Assembly (NCBI RefSeq): GCF_964355755.1
Contig: NC_092670.1
Span: 7,058,201 to 7,122,200 of the forward strand
Source: Antedon mediterranea
Lineage: Eukaryota; Animalia; Echinodermata
DNA length: 64,000 bases
Direction of reading: 5' to 3'
Positions 14,301 through 29,300 of this stretch are shown here, one piece after another. The translations under genes were made by a program, and so were the position numbers. The first letter of the stretch is position 1; each line of letters starts with the position of its first letter. Below the pieces are notes generated by a model, which saw only the letters and a program-made list of their open reading frames with translations, was not told the DNA's origin and searched no databases.

Positions 14301-17300
14301 CTGCATTCGGCCAATATGTTCTTGTCCAGCTTGTAAAATATTGTATAATTTTTTTTGTATTATATGTACAGTATATTATTTTGTAAACATAACATTCAAT
14401 AAATAAAAAAAAACTACTACAACAGTACACAGGATAAATTCTTCAAATTTACTTACACTTCATAATTTTACTGTAAATATTACAGTGCAAAAGGAGTTAA
14501 TAAAATATATATATACAGTATATCTTATTGAATTCCTGTATTGTTTTTTGTGTCAATTTGTCTACTAATTATCAATGTGTTGATTGTGGCAGTATAATTA
14601 CGACAGCTATAGTCTTCTAAGATCGCTCACATCCATTACAAAGTGTCATTTTAATACTGTAGTAAGAAACGTTTCAATAAATTGTGAATGTTGCCACTGT
14701 ACGATACATTTTATGTTTCTCACTACTGTACTTGCTCTTATTGGTCAATCAATCAACCTAAAAAAAAAAAATTTGTGTCAAAATATCTGCATAAAATGTT
14801 TATTTGCGGAATGTTAATTTGAACCTATTGCATTTGATACAGAAAATATTTTATTTTTAAAATATTGCATCAGTAAAACATCCAAAACAATATTTAGATT
14901 TTTTTTTTTTTAATTTTCACTGCCGAATAGATAGTTGAAATCTTTAAAAATTAAACCAATTCATCATGATTAAAACCAAAATACATCCTTTCTGGTGGTG
15001 GTCTACTGTAGCCCTAGCTAGCAGTGTACTGCCTAGGCCTACTACACTCTACTTCTAGAGACAGAAGTAGGCAGCAGTTTGGCTACTCGAGACTGTCAGT
15101 GCTAGTAGTAGTAGTAGACTAGTAGTACAGTAGCAGCAAATTCGGGCCTAGGCCTAGCTAGGCCTCTCCTGTTAGCGAAACAAAAACTCACCTAAATGAA
15201 TAAGATTCAACATCAAAGTTACCAACTGTAATTCTAACTTAGCATTCTGCTAGCTATAGTTTTCGTGTTTTCTTCAAGATTCGTCTCGCATCACTACTCG
15301 ACTCTCTCGCACGGACACATGCATTGCTGCTATCGTTGTTGGCTGTTGATTTGGAAAGCATCATCATCCACACGATGTATCCATACAATATGAATATTTA
15401 TGAGCTAACTCAGGTCAAGGGTTAAATTAAACCGGAACACATTTGTCTTCCAGACAAATAGCTTCCGGTTGGTTAATTTTTGCATTAAATTGCGATTTTC
15501 CCGTGTAAAAAATTATTTTTTTCAATCCAAATTGAAGTCAAAGTGAATAACATTTATGTGCAATTAAAATGGCCTATTCAACAAAAATATTGAAAAAAAA
15601 TTTTTTTTCAGGGGGACAATACATCTTTAATATTAAAGACTACTACTACTATTATTATTATTATCATTTTTAGATCTAGAATCACCTGAAATAATTGATT
15701 GTCCAATGGATTCGATTACAATGAGTACCAACGAAATCAGTAATACATACATAAATTGGGAAATTTCCTCGTCCCATCTCACTTATTCCTTGGTTTCTGG
15801 CATTGTTCCTTAGTATCCAGTCAGTGACAATTTTGTACATATATATATATAATATATCATCTGTCTGCTGTGCTAGATGACCTGCCCAAGACCATTTCTT
15901 TGATTATATAACTTTCACTATGTATAACTCGAATTTTTTGTTGAATATGTGCGCTTACTAAATATTATCCATTTAAAAATATACAGTTTAGTGTTATCCC
16001 TAATGATCGTAAACTATTATTTATTTATTATCGATTTATAAATTTTGAATTATTTATACAGATACAGAGTCTCCTACTTTGGACTGTGTGTCCAATGTGA
16101 CTGTATACACCGATTTAAATTCAGCAACAGCTAATGTATCCTGGCCAATACCAGAAACAACAGACAACAGTGGTTTAGAACTTACATTAACCTCTAACTA
16201 TGAACCATATACACTGTTTGATATTGGAACAACTCTTGTAATGTACACATCAACAGATACATCAGATAATGGAGAAACTTGCACGTTTAATGTAACTGTA
16301 ATTGGTAAGTTAACCTTTATATGAAAAAATACATTAACACAAATACTAAAATATATATTAGTTAAAAGTTCCTTTGTGGTATTTATTATTTCATTGTAGA
16401 TAATGAAGATCCAGTATTTGATTGTCCTGACAACATTATGGCATATACAGATGAGTCACAATATTATTCAACTGTGTATTGGAATATGTCAGTTACTGAT
16501 AATTCAGGTAATGTTACATATAATTGTACAAGTGAATCTGGTGACCAGTTTGATGCTCTTTGGCCAATTATACAACAAAATGTAAGCTGTATGGCACAGG
16601 ATCCATCAGGAAATGACGCATCTTGCTTTTTCACCGTAACGGTCGAAGGTGAGTATATCATGATTGTGAAGATTGTCTTTCACACAAATATGTTTCTTTT
16701 ACAATTCAATTCTACAATGTTAAATTAAAATACAAAGAAAATAAATAATTGCTTTCAATATTAATCTATAAGTTTAGTAAAAAATGTTGTCATGGTATAT
16801 TTAATTAGTGTTCTATAGATTTTACAAAATCTTGTTTTAGAAATATTATTACATTAATATTATTAGCTTGTCACTCTGTTATTTACAGAGTAAGTATCTG
16901 TCAGCAATAAATTGATTTGTTTAAAATTCAATAATTCTGTTTCTCTTATAGATAATGAGAATCCAAATATAACATGTCCCAGTGATTTCAACAAGTCAAC
17001 AGATAATGGAAAACCAACAGCTTGGATTCAATGGGATGTTGAATATACAGAAAACACAGAATCTTTATATGATGTCAGCCTAACAGGAACAGGCTCAAGT
17101 TATAATCAGTCTGGCGAACACTTCCCCATTGGAACAACAATACTTGAATATACAGTAACTGATGCATTTGGAAACAGTGATAACTGTACATTTTATGTCA
17201 CTGTACGAGGTGAATATTAGTTGTAAATATTTTTGGATAATTTTAATGATTTTCAGTAAAACAGTTAATGTTTGCATGAAATTGGTTATAAATAAATATA

Positions 17301-20300
17301 TTGCCTAACAATGCAAACAACCCACGAACCTCATACCTTCTAACTTAAAATTTTAATTGCTTAACATTGTGCGATTACTTTTTGAATTATCAATTCCCTT
17401 TCTTTTTAAACAGATGAAGAAGACCCTGTGATATCGAGCTGTTCAATGAACATTGTTTTGAATACTACACGTAAGTTACCATTCACTAATGCTACTTGGA
17501 TGACTCCAAATGCTTCAGATAATTCAGGCAATGTTACCTTAATCTCTACACATAAGCCTGGTTATGGCTTTGCAGCAACAACAACTGAAGTCACTTACAC
17601 AGCAAGTGATCCGTCTGGAAACGAAGACATCTGTATATTCAATGTTACTGTAATTGGTAAGATTAACTAATAATTTAATTTGTATTAAACAATTACTATA
17701 AAACATGTTAATGTATTTACAAAGTTTCTTTAAAAAATAGTATTACTTAAAGAGAAAGATAAACTGCATTTTAAAATGTACTTTAGATAATGTATTTTTT
17801 CGATTTATTAAACAGATGCCGAGTCTCCTACTTTTAACTGCGTGTCCAATGTGACTGTGTACACCGATTTAAATTCAGCAACAGCTAATGTGTCCTGGCC
17901 AATACCAGAAACAACAGACAACAGTGGTTTAGAACCTACATTAACCTCTAACTATGAACCATATACACTGTTTAATATTGGAACAACTCTAGTAATGTAC
18001 ACATCAACAGATGCATCAAATAATGGAGAAACTTGCACGTTTAATGTAACTGTAATTGGTAAGTTAACCTTTATATGAAAAAATACATTAACACAAATAC
18101 TAAAATATATATTAGTTAAAAGTTCCTTTGTGGTATTTATTATTTCATTGTAGATATTGAAGATCCAGTATTTGATTGTCCTGACAACATTATGGCATAT
18201 ACAGATGAGTCACAATATTATTCAACTGTGTATTGGAATGTGTCAGTTACTGATAATTCAGGTAATGTTACATATAATTGTACAAGTGAATCTGGTGACC
18301 AGTTTGATGCTCTTTGGCCAATTATACAACAAAATGTAAGCTGTATGGCACAGGATCCATCAGGAAATGACGCATCTTGCTTTTTCACCGTAACGGTCGA
18401 AGGTGAGTATATCATGATTGTGAAGATTGTCTTTCACACAAATATGTTTCTTTTACAATTCAATTCTACAATGTTAAATTAAAATACAAAGAAAATAAAT
18501 AATTGCTTTCAATATTAATCTATAAGTTTAGTAAAAAATGTTGTCATGGTATATTTAATTAGTGTTCTATAGATTTTACAAAATCTTGTTTTAGAAATAT
18601 TATTACATTAATATTATTAGCTTGTCACTCTGTTATTTACAGAGTAAGTATCTGTCAGCAATAAATTGATTTGTTTAAAATTCAATAATTCTGTTTCTCT
18701 TATAGATAATGAGAATCCAAATATAACATGTCCCAGTGATTTCAACAAGTCAACAGATAATGGAAAACCAACAGCTTGGATTCAATGGGATGTTGAATAT
18801 ACAGAAAACACAGAATCTTTATATGATGTCAGCCTAACAGGAACAGGCTCAAGTTATAATCAGTCTGGCGAACACTTCCCCATTGGAACAACAATACTTG
18901 AATATACAGTAACTGATGCATTTGGAAACAGTGATAACTGTACATTTTATGTCACTGTACGAGGTGAATATTAGTTGTAAATATTTTTGGATAATTTTAA
19001 TGATTTTCAGTAAAACAGTTAATGTTTGCATGAAATTGGTTATAAATAAATATATTGCCTAACAATGCAAACAACCCACGAACCTCATACCTTCTAACTT
19101 AAAATTTTAATTGCTTAACATTGTGCGATTACTTTTTGAATTATCAATTCCCTTTCTTTTTAAACAGATGAAGAAGACCCTGTGATATCGAGCTGTTCAA
19201 TGAACATTGTTTTGAATACTACACGTAAGTTACCATTCACTAATGCTACTTGGATGACTCCAAATGCTTCAGATAATTCAGGCAATGTTACCTTAATCTC
19301 TACACATAAGCCTGGTTATGGCTTTGCAGCAACAACAACTGAAGTCACTTACACAGCAAGTGATCCGTCTGGAAACGAAGACATCTGTATATTCAATGTT
19401 ACTGTAATTGGTAAGATTAACTAATAATTTAATTTGTATTAAACAATTACTATAAAACATGTTAATGTATTTACAAAGTTTCTTTAAAAAATAGTATTAC
19501 TTAAAGAGAAAGATAAACTGCATTTTAAAATGTACTTTAGATAATGTATTTTTTCGATTTATTAAACAGATTCCGAGTCTCCTACTTTTAACTGCGTGTC
19601 CAATGTGACTGTGTACACCGATTTAAATTCAGCAACAGCTAATGTGTCCTGGCCAATACCAGAAACAACAGACAACAGTGGTTTAGAACCTACATTAACC
19701 TCTAACTATGAACCATATACACTGTTTAATATTGGAACAACTCTAGTAATGTACACATCAACAGATGCATCAAATAATGTGCAAACTTGCATGTTCAATG
19801 TCACTGTAATTGGTAAGTACAAATTATATGATAAAGAAAATACATGAACATTTGCTAAAATTTGCAGTTAGGTTTTTCATTTTATTTATTTTATTGCAGA
19901 TAATGAAGATCCTGTATTTTATTGCCCTAGTGGCAATATTATGACATATACAGATGAGTCACAATATTATTCAACTGTGTATTGGAATGTGTCAGTTACT
20001 GATAATTCAGGTAATATTACATATAATTGTACAAGTGAATCAGGTGACCAGTTTGATGCTGTTTGGCCAATAATACAACAAAATGTAAGCTGTATGGCAC
20101 AGGATCCATCGGGAAATGACGAATCTTGCTTTTTCTCAATAACAATTGAGGGTGAGTATATTGTGATTATTGATTCATATTTATTGATTTATTTTACATT
20201 TTAAAGATTTTTTTACACAAATTATTGGGTAAAATCTCAAATCAAGTATAGAATAGCAGATTTTGATGATGCAAAAAAATGAATATTATAAATAATTGAA

Positions 20301-23300
20301 TGCATAAACATAATAATGTAATAAACATAATAGGTTATAAAACCAGATGGATTATATGCAAACATATTATGACGTGTAACTAAGACGTGTAAAGTATCAA
20401 CAACCCAAATGCAGAGTTGAAAGATATAGAAAAAGTGCAATACCATACCTTATCTCGCTTCTAAATGAATAATCAGTATATATCACCCAGTACAGCTATG
20501 CGATTCTTATTGGTGCTTTTAGGTGTTTTTTTTTTCTATTTTAATATTTTAAGCTAAACTTTTTGAATGTTCCTGTATTGTATTTCTTGTGTAAATAGCC
20601 TCCTTTTTTATATATAATTATCATTGGTTTTATACTTTTATACAAATTTTAATATTGAGAAAATGTAAATATCTTTGTAATTCAGCTAAGGCTGCGATGA
20701 CGATATTGAAATAAATGAAATGAAATGAAAAAAAAAAAAATTCCGTAGGATTTTACATTGACCAAAATTCATAGGTTTAATATTAGATTGTCCATATTAA
20801 ACCATACAATGAGTACCAACGAATTCAGTAGTACATACATACTTAACATTCAATAAATGTATATTCAACATTTTAAAGTAACAGGAATTGTTGGGTTTTT
20901 TAATTTGTAGATAATGAGAACCCAAGTATAGAATGTCCAAGTGACTTCAATGTGACAACAGATAATGGACAACCAACAGCTTGGATTCAATGGGATGTTA
21001 AATACACAGACAACACACAATCTCTATATGATCTCAGCCTAACAGGATCAGGTTCAAGTTATAATGAATCTAGTGAAAACTTCCTTATTGGAACAACAAC
21101 ACTTGAATATACAGTAACTGATGTATTTGGAAACAGTTATAACTGCACATTTATTGTCTTTATACGAGGTGAATATACACTTTTAAATATTATTTTAAAT
21201 AATGTTTTTATTTTTACAAAAGCTCTATTGCATAATCGTCCTCTGTACGAAATTTGAATCCAACAAAGACTACTTCTAAACCTATAAATACCGAAAGTTA
21301 ACAAAAACTCGTTTTAGAACATGCAATTTTGTCTTTTGAATTCAATATAGTAACTTGTTATCCACACATTTTCTTACGTTTGTTGAGTATAGAAATTCAA
21401 AATTAACTCACTAACCTAATGTTTATTACATCATCATGTAGATACTGAGAATCCAATGATGAATTGTCCAGATGGCATTGTAAACATGACTTTAATTGAT
21501 GAAGCATACGGTATTGCCAATTGGGTTGAACCAGACATTACAGACAACTCTGCCATCATTCATGTGAACATATCAAATTACTTTTCTGGTGATCGCTTCT
21601 ACCCAGGCAACACAGCAGTTTATTATTTTGCTGAGGATCCATATGGAAACTCTGTTAATTGTACATTTATTGTTACAATCATTGGTAAGATTAATTACCG
21701 TTTCGATATTTTCCCTTATTTATAACTACAAAGTTAATCACATTTTTAATAAATATGTATAATTCTGGAACGTAAATTTTAATTTTTCATTTCTGCCATT
21801 TTACTCAAATTAAACTCATTAATTTGTATTGGTCTTAAAAAAAACAATTCTTTTAAAGATCTAGTAAAGAATTGTCCGTATGCTCAATAATATGAATTTT
21901 GGAGGTTTAGGAATAAATAACTATATATAGACCACGTTGTCATTTCATTTATTAATTTACAAATCTACCAAAAATAATAATACCGTAACAGAATTTATTT
22001 GATATTTTTAAAAAATCTGATGAAACCTCATTATTTCCTTATTCCTTAAACAATGAATACAAGCTGACTATTGATGTATGTTTCTCCCTCAGATGTTGAG
22101 ATACCGATATTTGATCCATGTCCCAGTAATATAGACGTAAACACAGATCCCAGACTGCCGTATGCTGTAGTAAATTGGACAATTTCAGTATATGATAACG
22201 TTGGTGTTATTGAACTTGATAGCAACTATCCACCATTTGATACATTTAATATCACAGTAACAGAGGTAAAATATGTTGCAACAGACTCTGAGGGCAATGA
22301 AGCAGAGTGTACATTTAATGTCACAGTAACAGGTAATAATGATTTGATCAGGTTATCACATTATTTAAAATCATAATGTCTACTTACAAATGTCCAGGTG
22401 GTCGTACATAGCAACAATTAGGTAAATATTAAAGTACTAAATGGTACGCTCGCTTCGCTCGCGTACCATCTAGGTCGTGCCCACAGATGGTTCTCGAATA
22501 CATAATAATTTCAGCGTTAAAAAATTGGCGATTTCAAATGCACGTACCGCAGGACAATAATACATGTCGTTTACAGGAACGAATAAATAGACACTGTGAT
22601 TTATGTACTGAACTAAAATTAGCACCCTGGGAATTACTTCCGAAAGAGAAAAAAACAAAATGAGACCAATTGTTTAAGTCAAATTTAAACAAACTTAATT
22701 TGTGTTTTGTATGCAACATTAGGGTTGAGGGATGGGAAAGAGGATGGGTGCAAAGAGGAACAATTTTTAAATATATTCTTTATCCATGTAGTAACGAAAT
22801 AATAATTGTTTTCATATAATATACCACTAAACACAGTAAAACATTGCGATGTAACACTTTGTTGAAACTATCACCGTCCTAGTCGATTGAAATAGTAAAG
22901 TACATGTAACGATACATCACTACGACGTGTATAATATGTTTATATAATGTAAAACAATTTGTGAAAACCACCCCTATTCGTGGCAAATCATAAATTCGAT
23001 TTAATCGTCAATAAATATTAAATTATCTAACTCAACTTAATTAGTAGGCCTAATGGTTTTCAATTGTTTCTTAGAGCCAATTCATACTTAAGTTGGTTCC
23101 TAACCTAGACTTGCCCAAGTCTGTATTTTCTTTTTTATTTATTTGTTTTTATTGTGACCGCGATTTTTGTCTGAAAATACAGACTTGTGAAACGCGTATA
23201 GAAATCGATTTGCAGACCGCAAACATCCGATAAGAATGAAGTAGGTGATCATACCGTATTTGGCTATATGGGGCGGGCGGTATGTAAATATGGATTTCGA

Positions 23301-26300
23301 ATCAACCAATGATCATCTTGTTTCAAAATGAAAAAGATCGAGTACGTAGGCCTACAGTGCTGAATGTACGGTCGAGACTGTTGATAAAATCTTGTTGCCA
23401 AGTTGTTTTTTTATTAATTGTTTAGTCATTGGCCTAGGCCTCTTTCGTAGGTCCCACTCAACTCGCACGTATGACCTGCCAAATAAAACGCCAATAAAGT
23501 AGGCCTACATACCACCGGCACACAACAAAGCTACACCACACACTACACAGAACAGGACAGTGTCTGGGTGGGAATTAAATCAAATAAATGATCCATTCAA
23601 TGTTTGATTTGCGGAGAAGCTAGCCTATCTTATCTAAGACGAGTTTTCATGTTCTTGGGAAAAATCCCATCAAATGATTACCAAACTACTATAGGCATAT
23701 AAAATCATTTCTAGCCTTCAGAAAATTTCATCAATGTACCAAGTACACGTTGTCTAAACGAAACATAGCGCATGCGCACCATCTTAGTTGTTGAGTCTTT
23801 AAACTTCTGAAATATGAATATTAAAACGGTGTACGAGTGAGTAGCCAATCGCATGCAGCTGAAACTAGTCAACCGGATAATCGTATGCACCAAGAATTCT
23901 TGGTGTCAAACCACGTGACTTGTGCGTGTTTCCCCAGACGGAGTATCCAAAATCAAGTAGTATACGTATGAAGCGCCATATGTGCCAAAATATTTATCTT
24001 TTTACTAATATTAAGACAAAACTCCGTCTGGAACCCAGACTAGTTCCTAACCCTACCCACCAAAGTTGTTCTGCGTTTAGGGCATGTGATGCACCGTAGG
24101 CCTATCTTCTACTGGCTTTACAACGCTACTCATGCCAGTGAGGGAAGGGTGATGATGTCACGTGGGTGGTTTAACTGCAATAATACAGATTTGTACATAA
24201 TATACGGCGAATGAATACGCTAGCTCATTATCCGTTAAAAAAAATCTATATCCAACCTCTGCAGCACAGATTAAAAAAAAATGGATCGAATTTCTGTTAT
24301 GAGTATACAGTACTTGCCTTTACGACGTCTGAGGGAATAGACACTTGTGGAACAGAGATTGGAATGTTCCATTCATTTCAAAACAATACATTTGCATAAA
24401 CGTATATTAAATCTATCAAAATAGTATTTTTTTAAGAAAATCGGCCTGTCTTCAACATTATGATACTGTACTCGAGCTGTTCAACCGGTTTTCAGCCATT
24501 ATAAACAATTATCGTAGGAGGAGATAGGAAAATGCAAAGCATCCTCTTATTATTGTCTGCGGGTATTTTTCAAGACGGACATCCATTAGACAGTGTATAC
24601 CACGATCGAAAAACACCCCTATTTGGGGCAAATCGTTGAACCTAAATTCGTTTTAATCGTCAATAACTAATTATCGAACTCAATTTAATTAGTAAACAGG
24701 GTTACATCTGGTGGTTAAAATCAGTACCGAAAGTACAAACCAACTTTATATACCATCGAGTAAACATTCTAGAAATAACGTGCGATTTACCGAATTTTGC
24801 CCTTACGTAAATTTATATATAGATAATGAATGAGAAATACCAATTGTTTTAATACTTGGATGTAAAACTACTAGATTATTTACAACATGTCCAAACAGTC
24901 CTACACCTGTAAGCCCAACACTAATGTAATTTTATATTACCATGGAAAAATAGCACATTTTGGAAATATGACCAGTTACATCAATGTTCATAAAAAATAA
25001 TTGTTAATTGAAACCCGACTTGTTATGGTGGTCTTCTGACTCTGGGTTAGACATAGGCTACATAAGACTTGTTATTGCTCTGTTTTGTCAATAGACTAGA
25101 TAGACAGAACACATCTCATGATTCTGTTTTGTCCATGGGCTAGATATTTTTCATTTTCATCTTTCTATCAGAACTTGAGAAAAGCTTTTTTAAAACGCTT
25201 AGAAACTTAAATCTTATCTCTTAATAATATTTGTTTATATTTGTCGAATATTAATATCCAGCACACTTTTTTCAGATACTGAGCCTCCTGAATACATTGG
25301 ATGTCCTACTAATATGATTGTCAAGGTTCCTGTTGGAATGGCCAATAGATCTGTAACATGGATAGAACCAGCAGCTACTGATAATGCCGGAGTATACAAT
25401 GTAACATCTACTCACAATCCTGGTAATACATTTGGAATTGGCACAGTTTCAGTGACATACACCGCATTTGATACTGCCGGATTAAAAACAACTTGTATGT
25501 TTGAAGTAACAGTTCAAGGTATTTGTTTGTTGGTGTACATTTCTACCACTTATCCAAGACCATAATTATAGATTACATTAAAAGGTACATTTAAGGTTAT
25601 GCCTAAATTGCGTTGTACCGTAGGTGTGCGCATACACCCTAATTATTTATTTCCGATTATCAAGAAGCTTGCATATACTGCAATCAATCAAGATTAAGTT
25701 TTGCTTATCTAAACACCTTTTGATAAACTATTCATACAGTAATCATCTTCATCTTCCTCTATGTGGACTAATTGTAGTGATTTATTTTGAATCTATAGAT
25801 ACGGAAGACCCTGTGTTTATCAACTGCCCAATGTCTCCAATAGAAGTATTCACTGATGAAGGCCTTGCATATGCCAACGTGTCATGGGATGACCCCCAAC
25901 CTATGGACAATTCTGGCATGTTAACAGTTACTCAAGTGAATTATCCTGGTGATGAATTTTATGTTGGAACTCACTCTGTTAACATTACAGCTGAAGATGA
26001 AGATGGTAACATTGGTATCTGCTCTTTTACTGTAATTGTCCAAGGTAATCAATGTTTGTGTTGAGCTTGTAGCAGCTTAATGCTTACTTATTATCATGCA
26101 CTTTATACTGCCAGATGTAGTTTTACACCTATGCATTATTTATTTCTCATTATACTGCCATTTCTTATGCTATTCCTAAAGTATGCAACATTTCAAGTCA
26201 TCACAACCTATTTCTTTTCTAATTTCAGATAATGAAAATCCGGAATTCAATTGCAGCATTGGCAATGTATTAGTGCAAGTAGATATGAACAGTTCTACTG

Positions 26301-29300
26301 CTCAGGCTGATTGGACATTTACCGACGCTACTGATAACGTAGGTGTCGTCAGAATGACACAAAGTCATAACCAGTCATATTATTTTGATATAGGCATGAC
26401 ACTGGTGACTTATATGGCATGGGATGATGCTGACAATCAAGATTCATGCTCATTTTATGTTATTGTAATAGGTAATATTTGTTTAAGTTTCATTTTTACA
26501 GAGACCATCCAATCAAATAAGATTATATAAATATAATATCATATAGTTACCTGCTCCGATAATTTAATGTTAATTTCTGCTATAATAAATGTAGAATTTG
26601 GTTCTGAATATGACAAATTCATAATATCTCTTACTTTAACAAAACCCTTGATAAATTGATCATTTACATTTGAATTGATCCTTTACATTTTAATTGATCA
26701 CATACAATATTTATTATACAGATAAATATCCACCAGTAATTTCAGACTGTCCTGATTACCCTGTTATGTCATACACTGACCCTGGCCAAGCTACTGGCAC
26801 TGCCAACTGGACTGAACCAATAGCTTCTGACAATTCAGGTTACCTCAACTGGTATAAATCCAATCTACCATTTTCATTATTCCCAATTGGTGAAACATTG
26901 GTGTCTTACAACGCAACAGACAACAGTAGTAACACTGCTATCTGTTTGTTTTCGGTTGATATTGTTGGTAAGTTTGCTTTAAGTTTGGCTCTATGGTTCA
27001 TGTTTCATGCAGATTACATATTGTTTTCGCATCTTAGTAATAGTATAATCTTAGTTGGCCACTTTCTGATCCTCATCTTCTTGCAAATAATATAAACTTT
27101 TAGTATGTATATAGTGTTATAAAAATATTTTAGTTACAGTTAAAGGTTTTTTTCTTAAAGTAAACTTTAGTAAATACATTCAATCTTAGACTAAAATAAA
27201 CAAACACAAACAATTCTTTCCATCCAAATTATGTTGTTATTATTCTTATTTTTTTTCTTATTCTTTTTATTGCCAAATATAAAATACATTAAAAACACGA
27301 AATACAAAAAAAACAAACAACAGAACCAACTGAGTGAGCTGGCATGGGACACAAAAGCGAACCTAATCACTATGACTTTAAAGCCTGTGTTCCCCACTCA
27401 CCCAGTTTCACAAGCAATGATTATACCATCTTAAAATATAATATATCAAAATTCCAAAGCTAAGTTTAAATCATAAAATAAAATAAAAATAAAAAGTATT
27501 TTAAATATACATAGGCTTAATTATTATCGGAGAACAAATTTATTTTAAGTTTAGCAAGGAATGTAGGGAAATAATCCAATAGCAGGGAATCTTTCACTTC
27601 ATCATGGATGTCTTCCCACAGTCGTGGGAAGACATGGATAACTGAGCGATGCAAACAGTTAGTCCGTGAATACAAATGCTTGAAACTTAAGGTTTCTTGA
27701 CGTCGAGTATTGACGCACACATTTTCGCGGATACTTTTACAATCAATAGAACCTATTAGTGTTTTACATACAAATAATGTTAAAAGATAGCTTCTTCGGC
27801 TCGATAGACGGGGCCAATTGAGTTGTTCTAATCTAACATCATACTCCATATCTCCTCTTCTCTGTTTCAATGCTAGCCATGTGGCTCTACGTTGAACAGA
27901 TTCAATCTTATCAATCAATTTTACTTTCTGGGGAAGCCATGCGGGAGTCGCATATTCGAGTATGGGAATGATAAGAGCTCGGTATAATGCAAATACAGCT
28001 GCTGACGAGGTGCCCCCAGCAATACTCGCAATATAACCAATCATCCTATTTGCCCTTGCCGTAACATTTTGTACATGGATATCCCAAGTCAAAGTATGAT
28101 TAATGGTAACGCCAAGGTGAGAATGAGTAAGGACCGATTGTATTGAGGAATCATTAAGGTAGTAAATTGGACGGTATGCCTTTTTGGATCTGGTGATGTG
28201 TAGAATACAGGTTTTATTTATTTGAATTCAATTGCATTTCATTTAAGTTGCACCATGTGGAGAGCGTATTTAGATCACGTTGAACTAAAAGTTCATCATC
28301 AACACTGTGTATATCCCTATAAATGATCGTATCGTCGGCGAATAGGGCACAAGATGGTAAGGAAGATGCAAGGTCATTGATAAATAAGTTAAATATCGTG
28401 GGTCCCAACACACTACCTTGGGGTATTCCAGATATCACAGAGCGTGAGCTACTGAGAGATTCCTGGAAAATAACCTTCTGAATTCGATTAGATAGAAAAG
28501 ATTGCATCCATTTCCATATTTGGCCTCTAATGTTAAACTGTGTAGCGAGTTTATTTAAGACAATTTGGTGGGGTAATTTATCAAAGGCTTTAGAGTAATA
28601 TAAAACAAGGCCAACAGCCATTAAGTCGCGTGCTACAATGCATAGGGATACCGGACCGACAGAAAAACAGACCGACAGACAGACAGACCGACAGACAGAC
28701 GGACCGACCGACATAGTGAACTATACTGACCGAAATTACTGAACATGTTTAAAAATGTTGAAATGTTTAAAAACATTTATATTTTTTTAATTTACACGTG
28801 CGTAGCCTGTCACTTTTGACGTGCTCGTATAACGTAATTTCGAGTTGAAAAGTAAGTCAAGAAAACAGAAATCGGGCAAAATGAGTGCGCAATAACATTT
28901 AACGCGCAGTGCGTGCGCAAAAATCTGCGCACTCATGGCAATTTTGTAAACGCTTAAAATTGCCTGAAACGTACTCTTATTTCATCGAAAATAAATTTTG
29001 AAAATTTTAAGAGCGCGTACGCATGCGTTACATGCGCTACGCACGTATATGTATTGTCATATGATGATTTATGCCCTGAAATTTATGAGTACCACATTTT
29101 ATTTAATTGTGATTCATGGTTGTTAAGATATGATTACAAACGTGATTTCGTTAAATCGTGCGTAGACCGCGTAATTTTTTATTGCGCACCGTGAAAACAT
29201 AACCACATCGATTCCTGGCAATAAGGAATATTCTGTGAAAAATTGACTTAGCTAGATTAAACTGATATCAAGATAAGGTCATAAAGCGATAAAACGCATA

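Larger units (their letters stand above)
16060..19815 (+). repeat. Recent tandem duplication with 1,754-bp period (four HYR exons plus introns)
   Basis: Exon starts offset by exactly 1754 (16400/18154, 16952/18706, 17414/19168, 17816/19570); introns essentially identical. Confidence 0.95.
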
